Source: Octopus vulgaris (Eukaryota). From it: 64,000 bases of DNA. A model generated the notes under the pieces. It did not search any database. It saw only the letters and a program-made list of their open reading frames with translations, and was not told where the DNA came from. Location: positions 82,150,001 to 82,214,000 of the forward strand of contig OX597827.1 of the NCBI GenBank assembly GCA_951406725.2, read 5' to 3'. Shown here piece by piece: positions 1-14,768 of this stretch (positions are counted from its first letter, which is position 1; each line of letters starts with the position of its first letter). The translations under genes and the position numbers were made by a program.

Positions 1-1019
1 GGTAATAAAAGGGTAAAGTGAGTGAGAGAGAGAGAGGAAGAAAAGGGTGGGATAGAGGTGTAAGTGGGTAGAGGGTAAGATGAGGATGAGAGAGTGTAAG
101 ATGTAAAGGGGGGGAGTTGAGGGAAAGTGGGAATAGACACGGGGGGGGGGGGGGGGGGGCAGGAGGGGATGTGGTTATTTCTTCTCTGGTGTTTACTACC
201 TCCACTTCCCACCCTCTTCCACCTCTACCCACCTTTACCCACCTTTGCTTCTTCTACCTCCACTCACCATCACCACCTCCTCCACCTACCAATTCTACCC
301 ACTACCAATTCCACCTGCTACTACCCCCCATTACCTGCCTACCCCCACAATACCCTCCCTTTCTACCACAACTGCAACACTATTACCTCCACTATCACCC
401 CCCCTGCCACCAACACTACCACCACCACCAATAACTTCACTATCACTAAGAATTACCATTATATCCCCAACCACAACAGTAACAACAGCAACAGTAGGGG
501 TAGTGGAAGTGGTGGTGGTAGTAGTAGCAGCAGCAGTAGTAGTAGTAGTAGTAGTGTCAAAGAGCTCCAGGGACATTTCTACACCAAAATTAATTAGTGT
601 CTCTACTGTACCTTTATTGATTCACTAGCATAGTGTATGGGAGATAGTATAGCCGTGTGGTGGTGGTGGTGGTGGCGGTATGAGGTGGTGGTGGTGGTGA
701 TGGTAGTGGTACGATGATGATAGTATGGTGGTGAAATGGTGGTAATGTGTATAGTGTTGGTTGTAGTATAGCAATAAAAATGGCGATAGTGTTGTAGTAG
801 TAGTAGTAGTAGTAGTAGTAGTTGAGGAGAAGGAGATATAGTAGAGTTTTAGTGCTGGGGTGTTGGTGTTGGAGAGAGAAGTGATGATGATGATGATGAT
901 GGTGGTGATGATGATGGTGGTGGTGATGATGATAAGAGTTATAGCATGCGCTGTTGGTGCTGGGAGGAGACATTGTGATTTAATTATGTGTATGTGTGTG
1001 TGTATGTGTGTGTGTATAC

Positions 1020-1096
<77 letters not shown>

Positions 1097-2700
1097 TATA
1101 TATATATATAAATAGATATATATACGTACATACATATACATACATATACATATACATACATAAACACACACACACACACACTATGTATGTATGTATATAT
1201 TTGTATAATTGTTTATTGAATGAGTTTTTGCCTCATTTCATTCGGTTTGTTGTTTAAACTATTCTTTATTCTTTTTCTCCGCAAATTTCCTATTTAATTT
1301 ACTTTCCGATAAACCTTGCCGAGGTCGGCATTCTTGCTGTTGTTGTTGTTGTTGTTGTTGTTATTCCATCTCCTTCTTCCCGCCCCACCCCCAATCCCCA
1401 CCCTTATACAAACAGCTGCTATTAATGGTTTAGCTGTTTAATTGCATGTGTGTGCGTATATGAATGCATGTATGTAGAGAAGATTAGTGTTGGCACTGAG
1501 ATAAGCCTGTGTGTGTGTGCATGGATATGTGAGTGTGTGCGTGTATGTGTGTGTGTGTGTGTGTGTGTGCATGTGTGCGTGTACATGTTTTTATATAGCC
1601 AAATACAGATGTTTACGAATGTAAATAAGCAGTCACATAATCAAACATACAGCAATTTGGAAATCTACATATATCTACATTTGCACATATGTATAAATAT
1701 ACACAAATATATATACACAAACATATATATATAAACATATATGTATATATATAAACATATATATATATTAAACATACTTATATAAATACATTTACATATA
1801 TACATATATATATATATGCAAATATATATATACATTTACATATATACACACACACATATATATATACACACACACATGTGCATAAATGTTTCTATGTAGA
1901 TCTATGTATGTAAATGTGGCTGAAGATATATATGTAGATGAATACACACAGACAGATACACATACATACACAAATACACACGTAGACACAGAAGCAGTCA
2001 TTTAAATACATGCCAAAGTAAATGAAATGTATTTATTTTTTTTTTTTTCCCCTCTCTTCTACCGGAGGGCCAGAAAGGTGTTCAAGATTAATTTGTGCAG
2101 TAGAGTAGGTGTGTACAAATGTCTCCCTGTCTCCCCCGCCCCGCCTTCTCTTCTATCCAGCCACATATTTCTATAACACAACACTAGTGCCATCTTTAAA
2201 TGAATAGGTGAAGCTTGGAGTCTAAGACTTATCTTGCTAAAAGATTGTTCACAGTTCTTTTCTCTATCTCTCTCTTTCACCACCATACTCACATCCACCT
2301 TCTTTCTCTCTTTTGAAATCTTTCTACCTACCTACCTACCTATCTATCTCTCTACCTACCTACCTATCTACCTACCTAATAATCCATGTCTATCTACCTA
2401 TCTATACATACATATATATCTGTACATACATATCTATCTGTCTGTTTGCCTATTCATCTATCTTAATACATAACATTTATTTCCTAATTTTCTATTTACA
2501 ATTTATACAAGTGACTCAAGGAAGTGAAGTTTCGTGTGATTCTATGAAATTACCTCCAAATTTTTCTTTGAGGTTCACTAATTATTACATCCATGTTTTC
2601 TTTCATCATCATCATCAACATCATCATCAACATCATCATCATCAACATCATCATCATCATTTAACGTCCATTTTCCATGCTAGCATGGGTTAATAAATTT
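1..2700. repeat. Compound microsatellite/low-complexity block (GA, CCA, GTA, GAT, TA, CA, CTAC)
   Basis: Direct reading. Similar blocks occur at 9960-10730, 19040-19350, 53520-53840 and 61960-63410. Confidence 0.9.
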
Positions 2701-4524
2701 CAGTTCAGTAAGAAATTTTGCATTCACCATTTAGTACAACAGCATTTACATGTGTGCGTGTGTGCACACACAGATGTGTGTATCTACACACACACACACA
2801 GACATCATCATCAGCATCATTGTTTAATGTTCACTCTTCATGCTGGCATCTGTTGATGGGTTGACATGGAGCTGGCTAGGAGGGTGGTGTCCACACTCCA
2901 ACTGTCTATTGTGGCATGGTTTTTACGCCTGAATGCCCTTCCTTATGCCAACCACTTAGCAGATTATACTGGGTGCTATTTACGTGCCGAGGTCGACTTT
3001 GCCTTTCATCCTTTTGGGGTCGATAATTTAAGTACCAGTTATGCACTGGGGTCAATGTAATCGACTTAATCCATTTGTCTGTCCTTGTTTGTCCCCTCTT
3101 TGTTTGGCCCCTTTTGTGGGTAGTAAAGAAATATATTTATGTGTCACTGACACGGGTGCATTTATGTAGCACCAGCAGGGGTACTTTTTAAGTGATACCA
3201 GCGCCTGAAGGGACAAGCCCTGTATGTGTGCAAGAACCATGCTTTTTTACTTAGCTTGGCACGTCTTATCAAGTACAGCAAATTGCCACATCTCCTGGTC
3301 CCTTGTCATTTCCTCAGTGAGGCCCAGCAACCGAAGATCCTTTCTCACCACTTCTCCCCACGTCTTTTTTGGTCTACTCCTTCTCTGCATGTGTGTGTGT
3401 GTGTGTGTGTGTGTACACATACATATAGTGATAGATAAATGTTGCTGAACTCCATTGCCTTTATCACAAGATGACAAATATTCAAAGAAGTGCAGTATAA
3501 ATAATTGAATCAATTCCAACACATGTGAGAGGACATGTGACAGGTCATGTGACCTCTATATTTTAAAATTAGAATGATGACATGTAGCAAGTACTTATTT
3601 TGACATCTTATATCTGAGTTGAAATCTTGATGAGGCTAATATTTTCTTTTCCTTCCGTTTCCATGAAAAAAGTGTCCAATAAATGTTTGCCAAAATGGAA
3701 GTAAACATGGCAGAATTGGTTGGATGCAGGAGGAAATACCTTTTAGTATTTACATACTCACTGTCACATTCTGAGTTCACATTCTACTGAGCTCAACTTT
3801 ACATTTCATTCTTCTGGGGCTTATAAAGTAACCCTATTCTAACCCTATTATCTGTTTGTGTCTGTCTTAGACATTAAAGTTACATACATTTCTCCCATTG
3901 ACCACAAGACCTTCCTCTCGGGGGTGAGAGGAAGGGGATAGATGATTGACCCTAGTGCCTGGCTCTAATAATTCAAAGAATCCATCAATATAGAGATCAA
4001 TATACCATGGTGCTCCCAGTAAGTAGGGTGGCTCAGAATCTATGAGGCTCCTTAGTTGCTCCTGGGTGATGACCCCCACCCCCATCCTCAGTGAATATTT
4101 TACAAAGATGTTTTTATGTAAATTGTTATTGTTTTATTGTTTAAGCATTTCTAATTTCTGCTGCTCTTTCTCTTTTGCGCCAGACGTTTAGGCAGCCCTT
4201 GTGGCCAATAGAGAAAGAAGATCTTAACAAAGAGTTTTATTATGTCTTTGTTTCTTTACCCATTCCATAGGAGACACCCACTAACTGCCACCACGGAATA
4301 TTTACCATGACCTGCTGCCTCCGTCTATATACTACATCCGGTTCTACAACTCAAAGGAACACTTTACCCCTTTCACCAAACTAGACTCTACATCTACCAA
4401 GTTATGGAATCTTATACAATATCCTCAGGAACCATCAACATTACCCAGAATCAAATTTTTAAAGAGGTCAGTTCATTTAATCTGCTTATTCGTTATTAAT
4501 GCTTACATGAGACTGAGACCTTTT

Positions 4525-4872
4525 CTGTGATTGAGAAGATCCGGCAAGTAAAGTGAAATCACAGCCATGCATGTCTGGCCCAGTTGAGTGCCCCTAACAC
4601 ATCGGGCAATATGATATGCTTGAGAGGACATGTTGAGTCAAGTAAAACTGATATCGTAGCTGTGGCCAGTGTTCCCTGACTGGCTCCAGTGCCGTGGCAT
4701 GTAAAAAGCACCGACTACACTCTCAGAGTGGTTGGCATTAGGAAGGGCATCCAGCTGCAGAAACTCTCCCAGATCAGATTGGAGCCTGGTGCAGCTGCTG
4801 GCTCTCCAGACCCCAGTCAAACCATCCAACCCAGGCCAGCAGGGAAAATGGATGTTAAATGATGATGATGTT
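4525..4872 (+). mobile_element. RTE 3'UTR copy
   Basis: gagtggttggcattaggaagggcatccagctg...cagatcagattggagcctggtgcagc...gatgttaaatgatgatgatg. Confidence 0.85.
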
Positions 4873-6468
4873 GTTGAATGCTTGGTATTTGGCTTCTCTT
4901 ATTGGCAAAAGCATCTGCTAATTGTCTTCAAGGAATTTCCAGGGTTAACTATGACTAGGTCCCTATTTTAATAAAAATATGGAGTTATTTAAATACCATG
5001 ATATATAGAATACATTGCAAGCGAGGTGTGTTATATGGAAGTGTTTGTTTATTTAGGGGTCAGGGGACAAAACTTAATTATGCTGAAATCAAGAGTGTAA
5101 ACCAGGAGTATGTTGGTGTGTGGTTGTGATAAGCAGGGAAATTTACAAATGAAATAATATGTCACTGATAAATTGAAATACCTCCCTATGAAGTGGGTAC
5201 CATTATCATCCAAACCCACCTAAATATACATTTCTCTTTATTACTGTGATCCACCTTTTGATTTGTTAGAAATAGTAGTCAAACCATCCTCAGTCCACAT
5301 TCAATCATATTAAAAACAAAATTAATGAATGCATCAGTTAAATTAGTCATAGTTACACATTGTCTGAAATAATCAATTGGCTGGAATGTCAAGGATGGAA
5401 TGTCCTGTTTAATCAGAAGTGAGCAGAGGCTAAACAACAACAAGAGTCATTCACTTTGGCCCCTAAGATTTATTTTTTTCCCCATTCATTCTTTCCAAGA
5501 ACTTCATTTTAATGTTCCCCTACTCTTCCCCTGAAAACAGAAAGTCATGCCAGACATTAACCACAATGAGCTCGTCAGCTATGGGCTTGTCCCATCTTTT
5601 AATGACTAATTAATAGATTAGATGAAACCCCTTTCATTTACGGATGTTGTTAACAAATTCATCCCACAACAATAAACCTCCAGGTTCACACTGCTGAATG
5701 GATGGTACCTCAGAGCAAATAAAGGGTACCAAGGGTCATGGGTGGTACCTTGGGCAATAAATGGTACCTTGGACTAGTGTCTTACCTTTAAATTGGTCAA
5801 TATCTTGTGAGCAGAATTTCAGTAGAAGAGGATTGTACAAAAGACTAGCGTGTGTGTGAGTGCATGCATGTGTACATGCATCTGCAGGCATGCATGTGTG
5901 TGTGCATGTTGGTGAGCTACATTGGTGAAGAATGTAAACAATGTCAGGAAATTAGAAGAAACAATGTTCTTTGAGTGGAGTCCCCTGTGCTATTTGTTCT
6001 GTGCCAAATTAGCAGCCATCCCTTGTCACTCTCGCAAATAGCAAAACTATTAAAGATCTAATAACCCCAAACACAGTAGTATCCCATTAGTGTTATAAAA
6101 AAAACAAATAAATAATATAATGAATCAGGGACAACTGATTGGTTGCAAAGCCTGAAATATTTAACTCTCCCTCAGTAAAGTCAGCGTCCATTGGAAAAGA
6201 TTTCTCTCAATCACAATTTGTTCTCAAACTTTGGCTCACCGTCAACGTTTACTTTACGTCTCTTCATACACAACTTACCATCACATAACAGTTTCCCTTC
6301 CTTGGCCTTCTTTCAATTTCATGTCTTTCCACCCCCACCCCCTCCCCTCCCTCTCCTTTACTAATAAATCTTCCCTCATAAAAACACTTTCTCCTAATCC
6401 CTGGCTTATTGTCAACTCCTCCTTCATTCTTATTGCCATTGTTTTAATATCTTCTGCTTCACCACAGC

Positions 6469-6508
<40 letters not shown>

Positions 6509-6657
6509 CATATGATACTCACTCATTTATATTATATACATACATACATACATACATACATATGCATACATATCAGATATATATATATATATATATACTT
6601 TGATACTTTGATAGGTTTCGGCCATTATTGGCCCAGGCCATGTCTAACTTAATAGCA

Positions 6658-6693
<36 letters not shown>

Positions 6694-7940
6694 ATACATA
6701 TATATATTTGCTATAATTATAAAAACTAAGAACTACCATGGTATATGCCCAGATAATATATCCCTCTAAAGTCACATTAATTATACAACAACACAAATAC
6801 AATGTATATATATATATATATATATATAGCAAAAATTTAGATTCAGATGAATATGGTACTTAAGTTAATGGCACCAGAATTTGGTATGGTATTAACCATA
6901 TAAATCAAATGGGGTGATTATTTTGATTATATATATATATATATATTTATACACATACATATACATACACATATATATGTGTGTGTGTGTGTGTAGTGGA
7001 TCTTGCAGGCATGATGTAGATTCAATCCTAGATAGCCAACTTTAAATCAACACATCACCAGCACTTTCCTCATGGTAAAACAAATTTTTTCAGTGACATC
7101 AGTTTACATTTGCCAGATGCCTTAGCTAAGCAAAATAATGTCTTTGCCACTTGACCTTTCTAACCTCTTATAAACCACCAAACACTAGAATTAAGATAAC
7201 AAGTACCACCAACTAAATCTATTGTTCCGCAACAATATGTCTCCTTCTGGATAGTTATAAAAGCAAGAACCCGCAAGCAAAAGACAGTTAGTGTGGAAGA
7301 GGAATTGAGGCATGCAACTTCATATCCAGACGTGGATTGGTTGGTATTTTTACCTACCACCTATTTAAAAAGATTACTCTGGAGAAGAGGTGCCTGCCTC
7401 AAAGTACATATATGAAAAGATGGACAAATGTTGTCAGGAAGTTGAGAGTAAATGGGGCCATGCTGTTGTAGCCAGTCTTAAAAAAGGTGGTGGGGAAAAA
7501 ACGGCTAGTAGAACATGAACCCAAAAATATAATCACAGAAATTTTTATATGATTCTCAATTTCATTATACAATTCAACTTTATTTTTCCGATTTCATATT
7601 CCGATTTCCATTAAGTCATAACCCAAACCTAAATGTTTTGTATTGTCTTGTTCCCTTTCTGTGTGTTATTCGTTGATAAATAAAGACATAAGTTAGTGAC
7701 TTGGTGACAACTGAGTTAGTTGGCTTGTGACAACTCAATCAGTTAGTTAATGAGTGACAAACTCAAATCAGAGACAGCTATCATCAGTTAGGGAGCAGAA
7801 TGCTAGAATCCTGATCCACAGCAAGGCAGCGAGTAGAGACAATGGTTAAATGGAGAAATGACATTTACTGTCAGCAGCTATGAGACCCAACTTCCCTCAC
7901 TCTCTCACTTTCATTAACTCACTTTGTCTTCTCTGCACAT

Positions 7941-7988
<48 letters not shown>

Positions 7989-8194
7989 GGTTAACTACTA
8001 CAATATGAACACACAGGCTGAAATTAACTTTTTTACTTTGCATGCTCTCAGATTTTATCACCTGCCAGTCGAGGCAAGGTATTGTATAATGTAACGAGTA
8101 AAAATAAATATTTCCTTAAAACTTCATGCATTGCTCATCTTTCACATCTTACAGCATGCCATTGCAATTAAATTTCGACCGTTACCCCCCCCCC

Positions 8195-8254
<60 letters not shown>

Positions 8255-8451
8255 TATTACAAATTTGGGATTTTGCCAATAGAACTGGAACTCCTATTTC
8301 GGGATAACTTTATTGTATGGAATACACATAGAAAGCTACATCCAATAAAATAATATAAGCAATTAAAATACAATAAAATACAATAAAATTAGTTGAAAAA
8401 ATATATAACTTACCTGTTATTGGTCTGTGGGGAAAGAATGTATTTGTAATC

Positions 8452-8530
8452 AAATGCTACACATGTTTCTGCACTGGTGGGGTGTGTATCAAGGCTACAC
8501 CTTATCCACCAGTGTGTCCTCAGACTATTT
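8452..8530 (-). ncRNA. Type I hammerhead-like motif
   Basis: Minus strand: CUGAGGA, 9-bp stem II CACUGGUGG/CCACCAGUG, GAAAC-AUGU-GUA. Stem I and the stem II base are imperfect. Confidence 0.5.
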
Positions 8531-8934
8531 ATCTTATAATTATTTATGGGTCAAAGTTAAAAATACTTACTAAAAGTCATATTAAATAAAAATAAAAATA
8601 TAAATATATAAATTACAAATATATTTTCAAAAGATTAAACACCTCAATAACAATTCCAATATAAACAGAAAATGCTAAACCTAAGGAAATCATCAATGAC
8701 TAAATTATAACCACATCAAATCCTACAACATGTCTAAATAAACATTATGGGAATTAATAATTTAGAGTAAGATTTACCCCTATCTATACAAGTATAAATT
8801 ACCATTTTTATGTCAAACCTAAGTTAATAGTGTTTAATAAGATTATTTAGTAAAAACCACTACGTACGTTATAAACTTATTGAATAAAACTAGAAAAAAA
8901 TTAAAAAAGGAAGAATACTTATCGCCATAATGTT

Positions 8935-9900
8935 TACTCCTTCTCATTCCTGTGTAAATTTCTTGCCAATTTTCATGCAGTAATCTTAAAAGTTCTGGCT
9001 TTGAAGATGCTTTCTTGTTCTTATGAAGAAGTGTCCTGTTCATTATGCCCCAGAGGTGTTCCATAGGGTTCATACCTGGTGACTGGCCAAGGAAGCTTTT
9101 TAATGCCATTCTCTTTCAACCAATCTTGAGTCTTTTTAGTCATGTGTCAAAGCATCCCATCTTCCATAAATAAAGAGTTTTCTTTAATCATTTCACCTTT
9201 GGAGAAGATTGGAAGGAGTCCTTTCTGCAATATGGACACATATTTATCTGAGTTTATGTTTCCCTCACACTCCACCAGCTCTGATTGACCATTACTCCAA
9301 ATTTCTTCCTACACCATCACAGAATAGCTGCCATGTTTCATTGCTTGCTGCAATCTTTTCACTTCAAATTCTTGATCACAGTCTCCAGATCCACACTTGA
9401 CAACTGTCAGAAAATACAGCAAATTTGGACTCATAAGAGAATATGATAGTGTCCGAAAATGCTAGTGGCTTCTCCACCATCTCACTGGCCCAATCTTTTC
9501 TCCACTTGATATTGGCCGGTCCAAGAGATGGCTTCCTTCTTGCTGTTCTGCCATAGTAACTAAGTTTGTGGAGATACCTCACAGCTGTTGAGACTGACAT
9601 CAACTTGTTGTGCTACGTCAGAAACCTTGCAATGAGGATTATCCTCTTAACGAAACAAAGAGTCCTGTGAGAGGGCTCTGATCGACCTGGGTGAGGTGAT
9701 GTGGACACCTTCTCCTCTCTGGTGAATTGCACAATCACTCTATTAACCGTAGAAACCAGGATCCCAAGGTTTTCTGTGGCTTTATGCTAAGTCCATCTTC
9801 AGACTGGAAATTTGGACAGTGCCAAAGCTTCTTTTGCATGTGACATGATTAATCACTCACATTTAGAACCTGAAACATAAAAATGTCAATTAATATGAAA
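8935..9900 (-). mobile_element. Tc1-like transposon relic
   Basis: Minus-strand fragments [32 protein letters not shown]; multiple frameshifts. Confidence 0.85.
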
Positions 9901-9962
9901 TATAAAAACCTTTTCAAGTTAAACATAAAACAAAGTTTTATGTGGTGTCTACTTACTTCTGT

Positions 9963-9999
<37 letters not shown>

Positions 10000-10481
10000 A
10001 TCTCTGCATTTGTATTTGCTGTGCATGTATTTGTGTGTGTGCATATGGTATGTGTGCATTCCTTGTACATGTGAGTATCGGCTGTGTGTGTGTGAGTGGG
10101 TATGTGTGCATAACTGGTGTAGTGTGTGTATGTGTGTGTGTGCATGTGGTAGTGTGTGTGTGTATGTGTGTGTGTGTGTGTGTGCATGTGTGCTGATGTG
10201 TGTTGTAGCCATTACCACACTATGGCAACAGTGTTTGGAGAGAGTATGTTTTCTCTGCTGAGAGGACAATGAATCATGAAACAGTCCACCAGGAGATCCC
10301 TTTATTCGTCTTTCTGCACATCAAAAGCGTAATAACAATGTGTTTACATTCTTCTTACTTCACTCACAGCTAGGCTTTGGTATGCTTCTGTATGTGTATG
10401 TGTTTGCATGTGTGTTTCCATGCTGGTGTGGGTTGAACAGTTTGATACACATACATGTATATGTATGTGTGTATATATATA

Positions 10482-10518
<37 letters not shown>

Positions 10519-10526
10519 GTGTGTGC

Positions 10527-10656
<130 letters not shown>

Positions 10657-10734
10657 GTATGTGTATGTATATATGTGTGTGCATGTATATATGTGTCTGC
10701 ATGTGTGTATATATATATATATATATATGATCTG

Positions 10735-11356
10735 CTGGATGTGTAATGTCAGTGTGCATACACGGCAGAGTGTAAACAGCCCTGAGAGAAAAGTTGGGCA
10801 TAAGAAGCATCAAATTTGGTGTACAAGGAACCTGTGGAAGAGGTAAACCCAGGAAGACATGGGTCAGGCTGGTGAAGCATGAACATTGAACATTGGGCCT
10901 CACAGAGGTAATGACAGGAGACTGAGACCTTTAGAGATATGCTGTGATTGGGAAGATCCAGCAACTAAAGTGAGATCGCAGCCACGCACGTCCAGCCCAG
11001 TTAAGAGTACTCCTGATGCGTTGTGCGATATATGCTTGAGAAGACCTGTCGAGTCAAGTAAAGCCAATATCATAGCTGTGGCCAGGGCCCCTATGACTGG
11101 CTCCTGTGCTGGTGGCACTTAAAAAGCACAATCCAAAAATGATCGATGCCAGGCCTGCCTGACTGGTCCCTGTGTCGGTAGTACATAAAAAGCACCCACT
11201 ACACTCTCAGAGTGGTTGGCATTAGGAAGGGCATCCAGCTGTAGAAACACTGCCAGATCAGATTGGAGCCTGGTGCAGCCACTGGCTCTCCAGGCCTCAA
11301 GCAAAATGTCCAACCCATGCCAGCATGAAAAACAGACGTTAAAGGATGATGATGAT
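10735..11356 (+). mobile_element. RTE-clade LINE 3' fragment with an internal deletion
   Basis: [13 protein letters not shown], ggaacctgtggaagaggtaaacccaggaagac and the same 3'UTR/(GAT)n tail; flanked by (TA)n. Confidence 0.88.
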
Positions 11357-11391
11357 ATATATATGTATGTGTATGTATATATGTGTGTGTG

Positions 11392-11445
<54 letters not shown>

Positions 11446-13984
11446 TATACATATATATATACATATGTGTTGTGAGGAAGTTCAAAGGGAGACATAGAAT
11501 GCTGTAGTGTGTTGTGTTATATTGTTTGTTGCTATTTAAACCTTAGTTCATCAGATTAGTGCTAATAGAGTCAATCTATGCTTATAGCCATTCCAATATG
11601 ACCATCCTGTCTGTCATCAGACAGTCGACTGTGTCTCTTTTATATAAACATTAATCGGTTTGATTAACAGCTCAAGTGACTGCAAGTGAAGCCACCTTCT
11701 TAACATGTGACGCAGTGTGTGGTGGCACATTGAGCCATGCTGTTGTTGTTGCTGTTGTTGTTAGTGTACTGTCATTGTTGTGGTGTTGTTGTCAGTGTGT
11801 AATGTTTTGTATTTTGACTTTTAGAATAATTCTAGAGACCTTAACACCACTACCACTACCATCACAACCACCACCACAGCTAGAACCACCACCACCGTCA
11901 CCTATATCTTCACCACTTTCGGTAACCTTACCAACACCATCATCATCATCGTCATCATCACTACTGCCATGATCACCATTTTGTACATCACAACCATCAA
12001 CAACATCAAACAGTAAAATGTCACCACCACCACCACCACCACCATCAGCCAGCGATGGTCCCCTTTGGAAAGCTATGGCCAGTGAGTCTGTTATTCACAA
12101 AATACATGGTATATAAACCAATAAAAAATAACTATAAAGACACAGTATTCAGCAGGAAAGAGTTTGTAAGAGAGTGAGTAACGAAAAGATTTATCTTTGC
12201 GCTTCACTGATAACAGAATATTGAGTCATTGGGAGCAGCAGGGGTGGTGGCGGTGGGGGGTGGTGTGTGGGGGGTGGGGAGAGAGATATCGGAATCAGAT
12301 TAATTTCGAGGTTGACTGGAGAAAACAGATAAACAACAAGAAATAAACAATTAGAAACTCTGACGACAACAAATCAGCATTGCAAGAAACAGAACAGCCC
12401 TCCCCACCCCCCTCCTTCCCCCACTCAGAACACACATGAGAGAGGGACCCATGACCAACTCGCTCAACCATACACAGATCCCTATATTCGCTGACCTGGA
12501 ACAGATGCAAGATTTTTTATGGTTCTTTCGCTTTTCTGGTTTTGTTTTTGTTTTTGTTTTTGTTTTTGTTTTTGGTTTCTTTTTTTTGTTTTTTTTTTCT
12601 GTTTGATATTCTACCTTAGTTCAATCGTTTGATTTTCCCCTGACTTATGTCTTTGTGGAGGATGTTGGAAACTTTGGAGGACGGTGGAGGGGGACACACA
12701 GTGTAGTGGCGGCGGCGGCGGCGGCAGTGATGGAGGTAATGGTGGTGGTGGTGGTGGTAATGGGGGTGTGTTGAAAAATACTGTGACAGTCATAAAAGTA
12801 ATTAGTAGTCTAACTGACCAAAATACTTTTAAGTCAGTTTTTTGCTAATTACAATTATGACAAGCTGGTACAATTAATCTTGACCAGTTAGACATAAATG
12901 TAGTCACAAGTCTAATTTTTAGGACTAATTTGATCAACCCACCACCCCTTGACAATAATGTTGTGGGGCACTCACTAGTCATAGATTAATTAGTTACATA
13001 ACATCACTTCTCTCTAGATATACCGGTAATTAACCCACCAACCAACTGACCAATCAACCAACCTACTAATTAACTAACCTATTTATCAGTTGTCTCTCCT
13101 CTTTCCTTCACCCTTTCTGTGACTTAATTTGTAGACTGTACCAATAGCCTCGACAAATCCTTCCTATTTCTTTACTACCCTCAAGGGGCTAAACATAGAG
13201 GGGACAAACAAGGACAGACAAAGGGATTAAGTTGATTACATCGACCCCCAGTGCGTAACTGGTACTTAATTTATCGACCCTGAAAGGATGAAAGACATGT
13301 AATCAAATACATGCCACCCATGACCCTTGCTTCCTCAGCAGAGTATGTCTCAGGTCCATATTATCTATGTGACCTTCCTTTCTAAAACTTAGATGAGATT
13401 TGTGTGAGATTTGGCTGCTATTACTAGCCATTTGAGTAAGCACATGAAGATTCTCTCATTGACTTAGGTCACAAAAGATGGTGGACCCACAATTGTTAGA
13501 GTACCAAGGTCTTTATGATCTGAGTTCAAATCCTACCAGGTCAATTTCACCCTTATATTACCCACCAGGGGTCGATAAAGTTAAGTACCAGCCAAGTACT
13601 TCAACTGATACAATCGTTTTTCCCAATCTACTCACAAAAAATATCAAAAGCATTCTGGCCATGACCATCCTATCTAAGTACAGTGAAGTGCATTACCCAA
13701 CATGTTCATTTTTAAGACTGTTGAGATATTTGAGGGTGGTTTGGCTGTTATTTTTTGAACATTCAGCAACAAAGAAAAATCACCAGTCTTTCTTGTTGCG
13801 TAGATTAGGGTGTTTATGGATGCCCTTCAAATTGCCATCAACTGTAATATACACCTTACAATACAAAGTGCAACAAACAAACTGTCGTCTAAATTATGCA
13901 AAAATGAAAAGAACACTGGCATCTCATTTTAACAGATATATTTACCAAAATTACGCATAAATAACTTTAAATGCTAAAGAGTAA

Positions 13985-14731
13985 ATTTATTCAATAAAAT
14001 CGCCATTGGCTTTAACCATATCTTCCAGATGACTTTGGAATCTCTTGCAACTCTTCTGGATTGTCTCCTTGTTTAATCTGGTGAATGCTGCCATAATCCT
14101 TGCCTTCAGTGCACCTCTCGTGTTACAAGGAGTTTTGTTGGTCTCTCACTCAACTGTGCCCCACTCATAATAATCAAGGGGATTGCAGTGTAGGGATTTA
14201 GGTTACCAGATTTTAGGGGTGATGTGGTCGCAGAAATTGTCTGACAGCCATGACAGGGTTCTTCCGCTTGTGTGGCATGGAGCAGAGTCCTGTTGCCAGA
14301 TGTAGGGTCTTCCAGCAGCCATTCTCTTGAGCCAGGGCAGTACTACTTCTTCCAAGCACTTAATGTAGGCCTCCATGTCGAGTCTGAGGCCGTGTGAGAA
14401 GATTAGTGGAGGCATAATGTTGCCATCACTAGTGATCACTCCAAACACCATGGTGTTGACTGGATGTTTGATTTTTATCACTCTTGATACATGTCCTCAG
14501 ATTGACACCAAAACACTCTGAAATGTTTGTATTGGAGCTTCCGGAACAAATACCATGCAGTACAACATGTTGGTTCCAAATTTCTGGCAGAGTGAATTGC
14601 ATCACGGTACTGTTTTACTCATAGAGGGTGCCCAGCAAACTCTTCTATACTGTGTAGTTGACAAAATCAAAAACAAACAATGCGCATGCACAAAATTAAA
14701 AATAGAAAATGGTGACAATTTACCCATCGCA

Positions 14732-14735
<4 letters not shown>
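13985..14735 (-). mobile_element. maT-like (DD37D) Tc1/mariner relic, internally deleted
   Basis: MVFGVITSDGNIMPPLIF..WQQDSAPCHTS..IW*PKSLHCNPLDYY; 37 residues separate the second and third catalytic D. Confidence 0.85.

Positions 14736-14768
<33 letters not shown>

Noticed and set aside
6600-6660. Additional hammerheads (GGCC..GGCCGAAAC on minus; also 22275-22360 and 29625-29705)
   Set aside because: A stem II/GAAAC half is visible but there is no convincingly placed CUGANGA box or stem I; at best decayed relics.
13478-13960. 160-aa ORF as a gene
   Set aside because: It runs through SINE and other repeat fragments, with no domain motifs or splice support.
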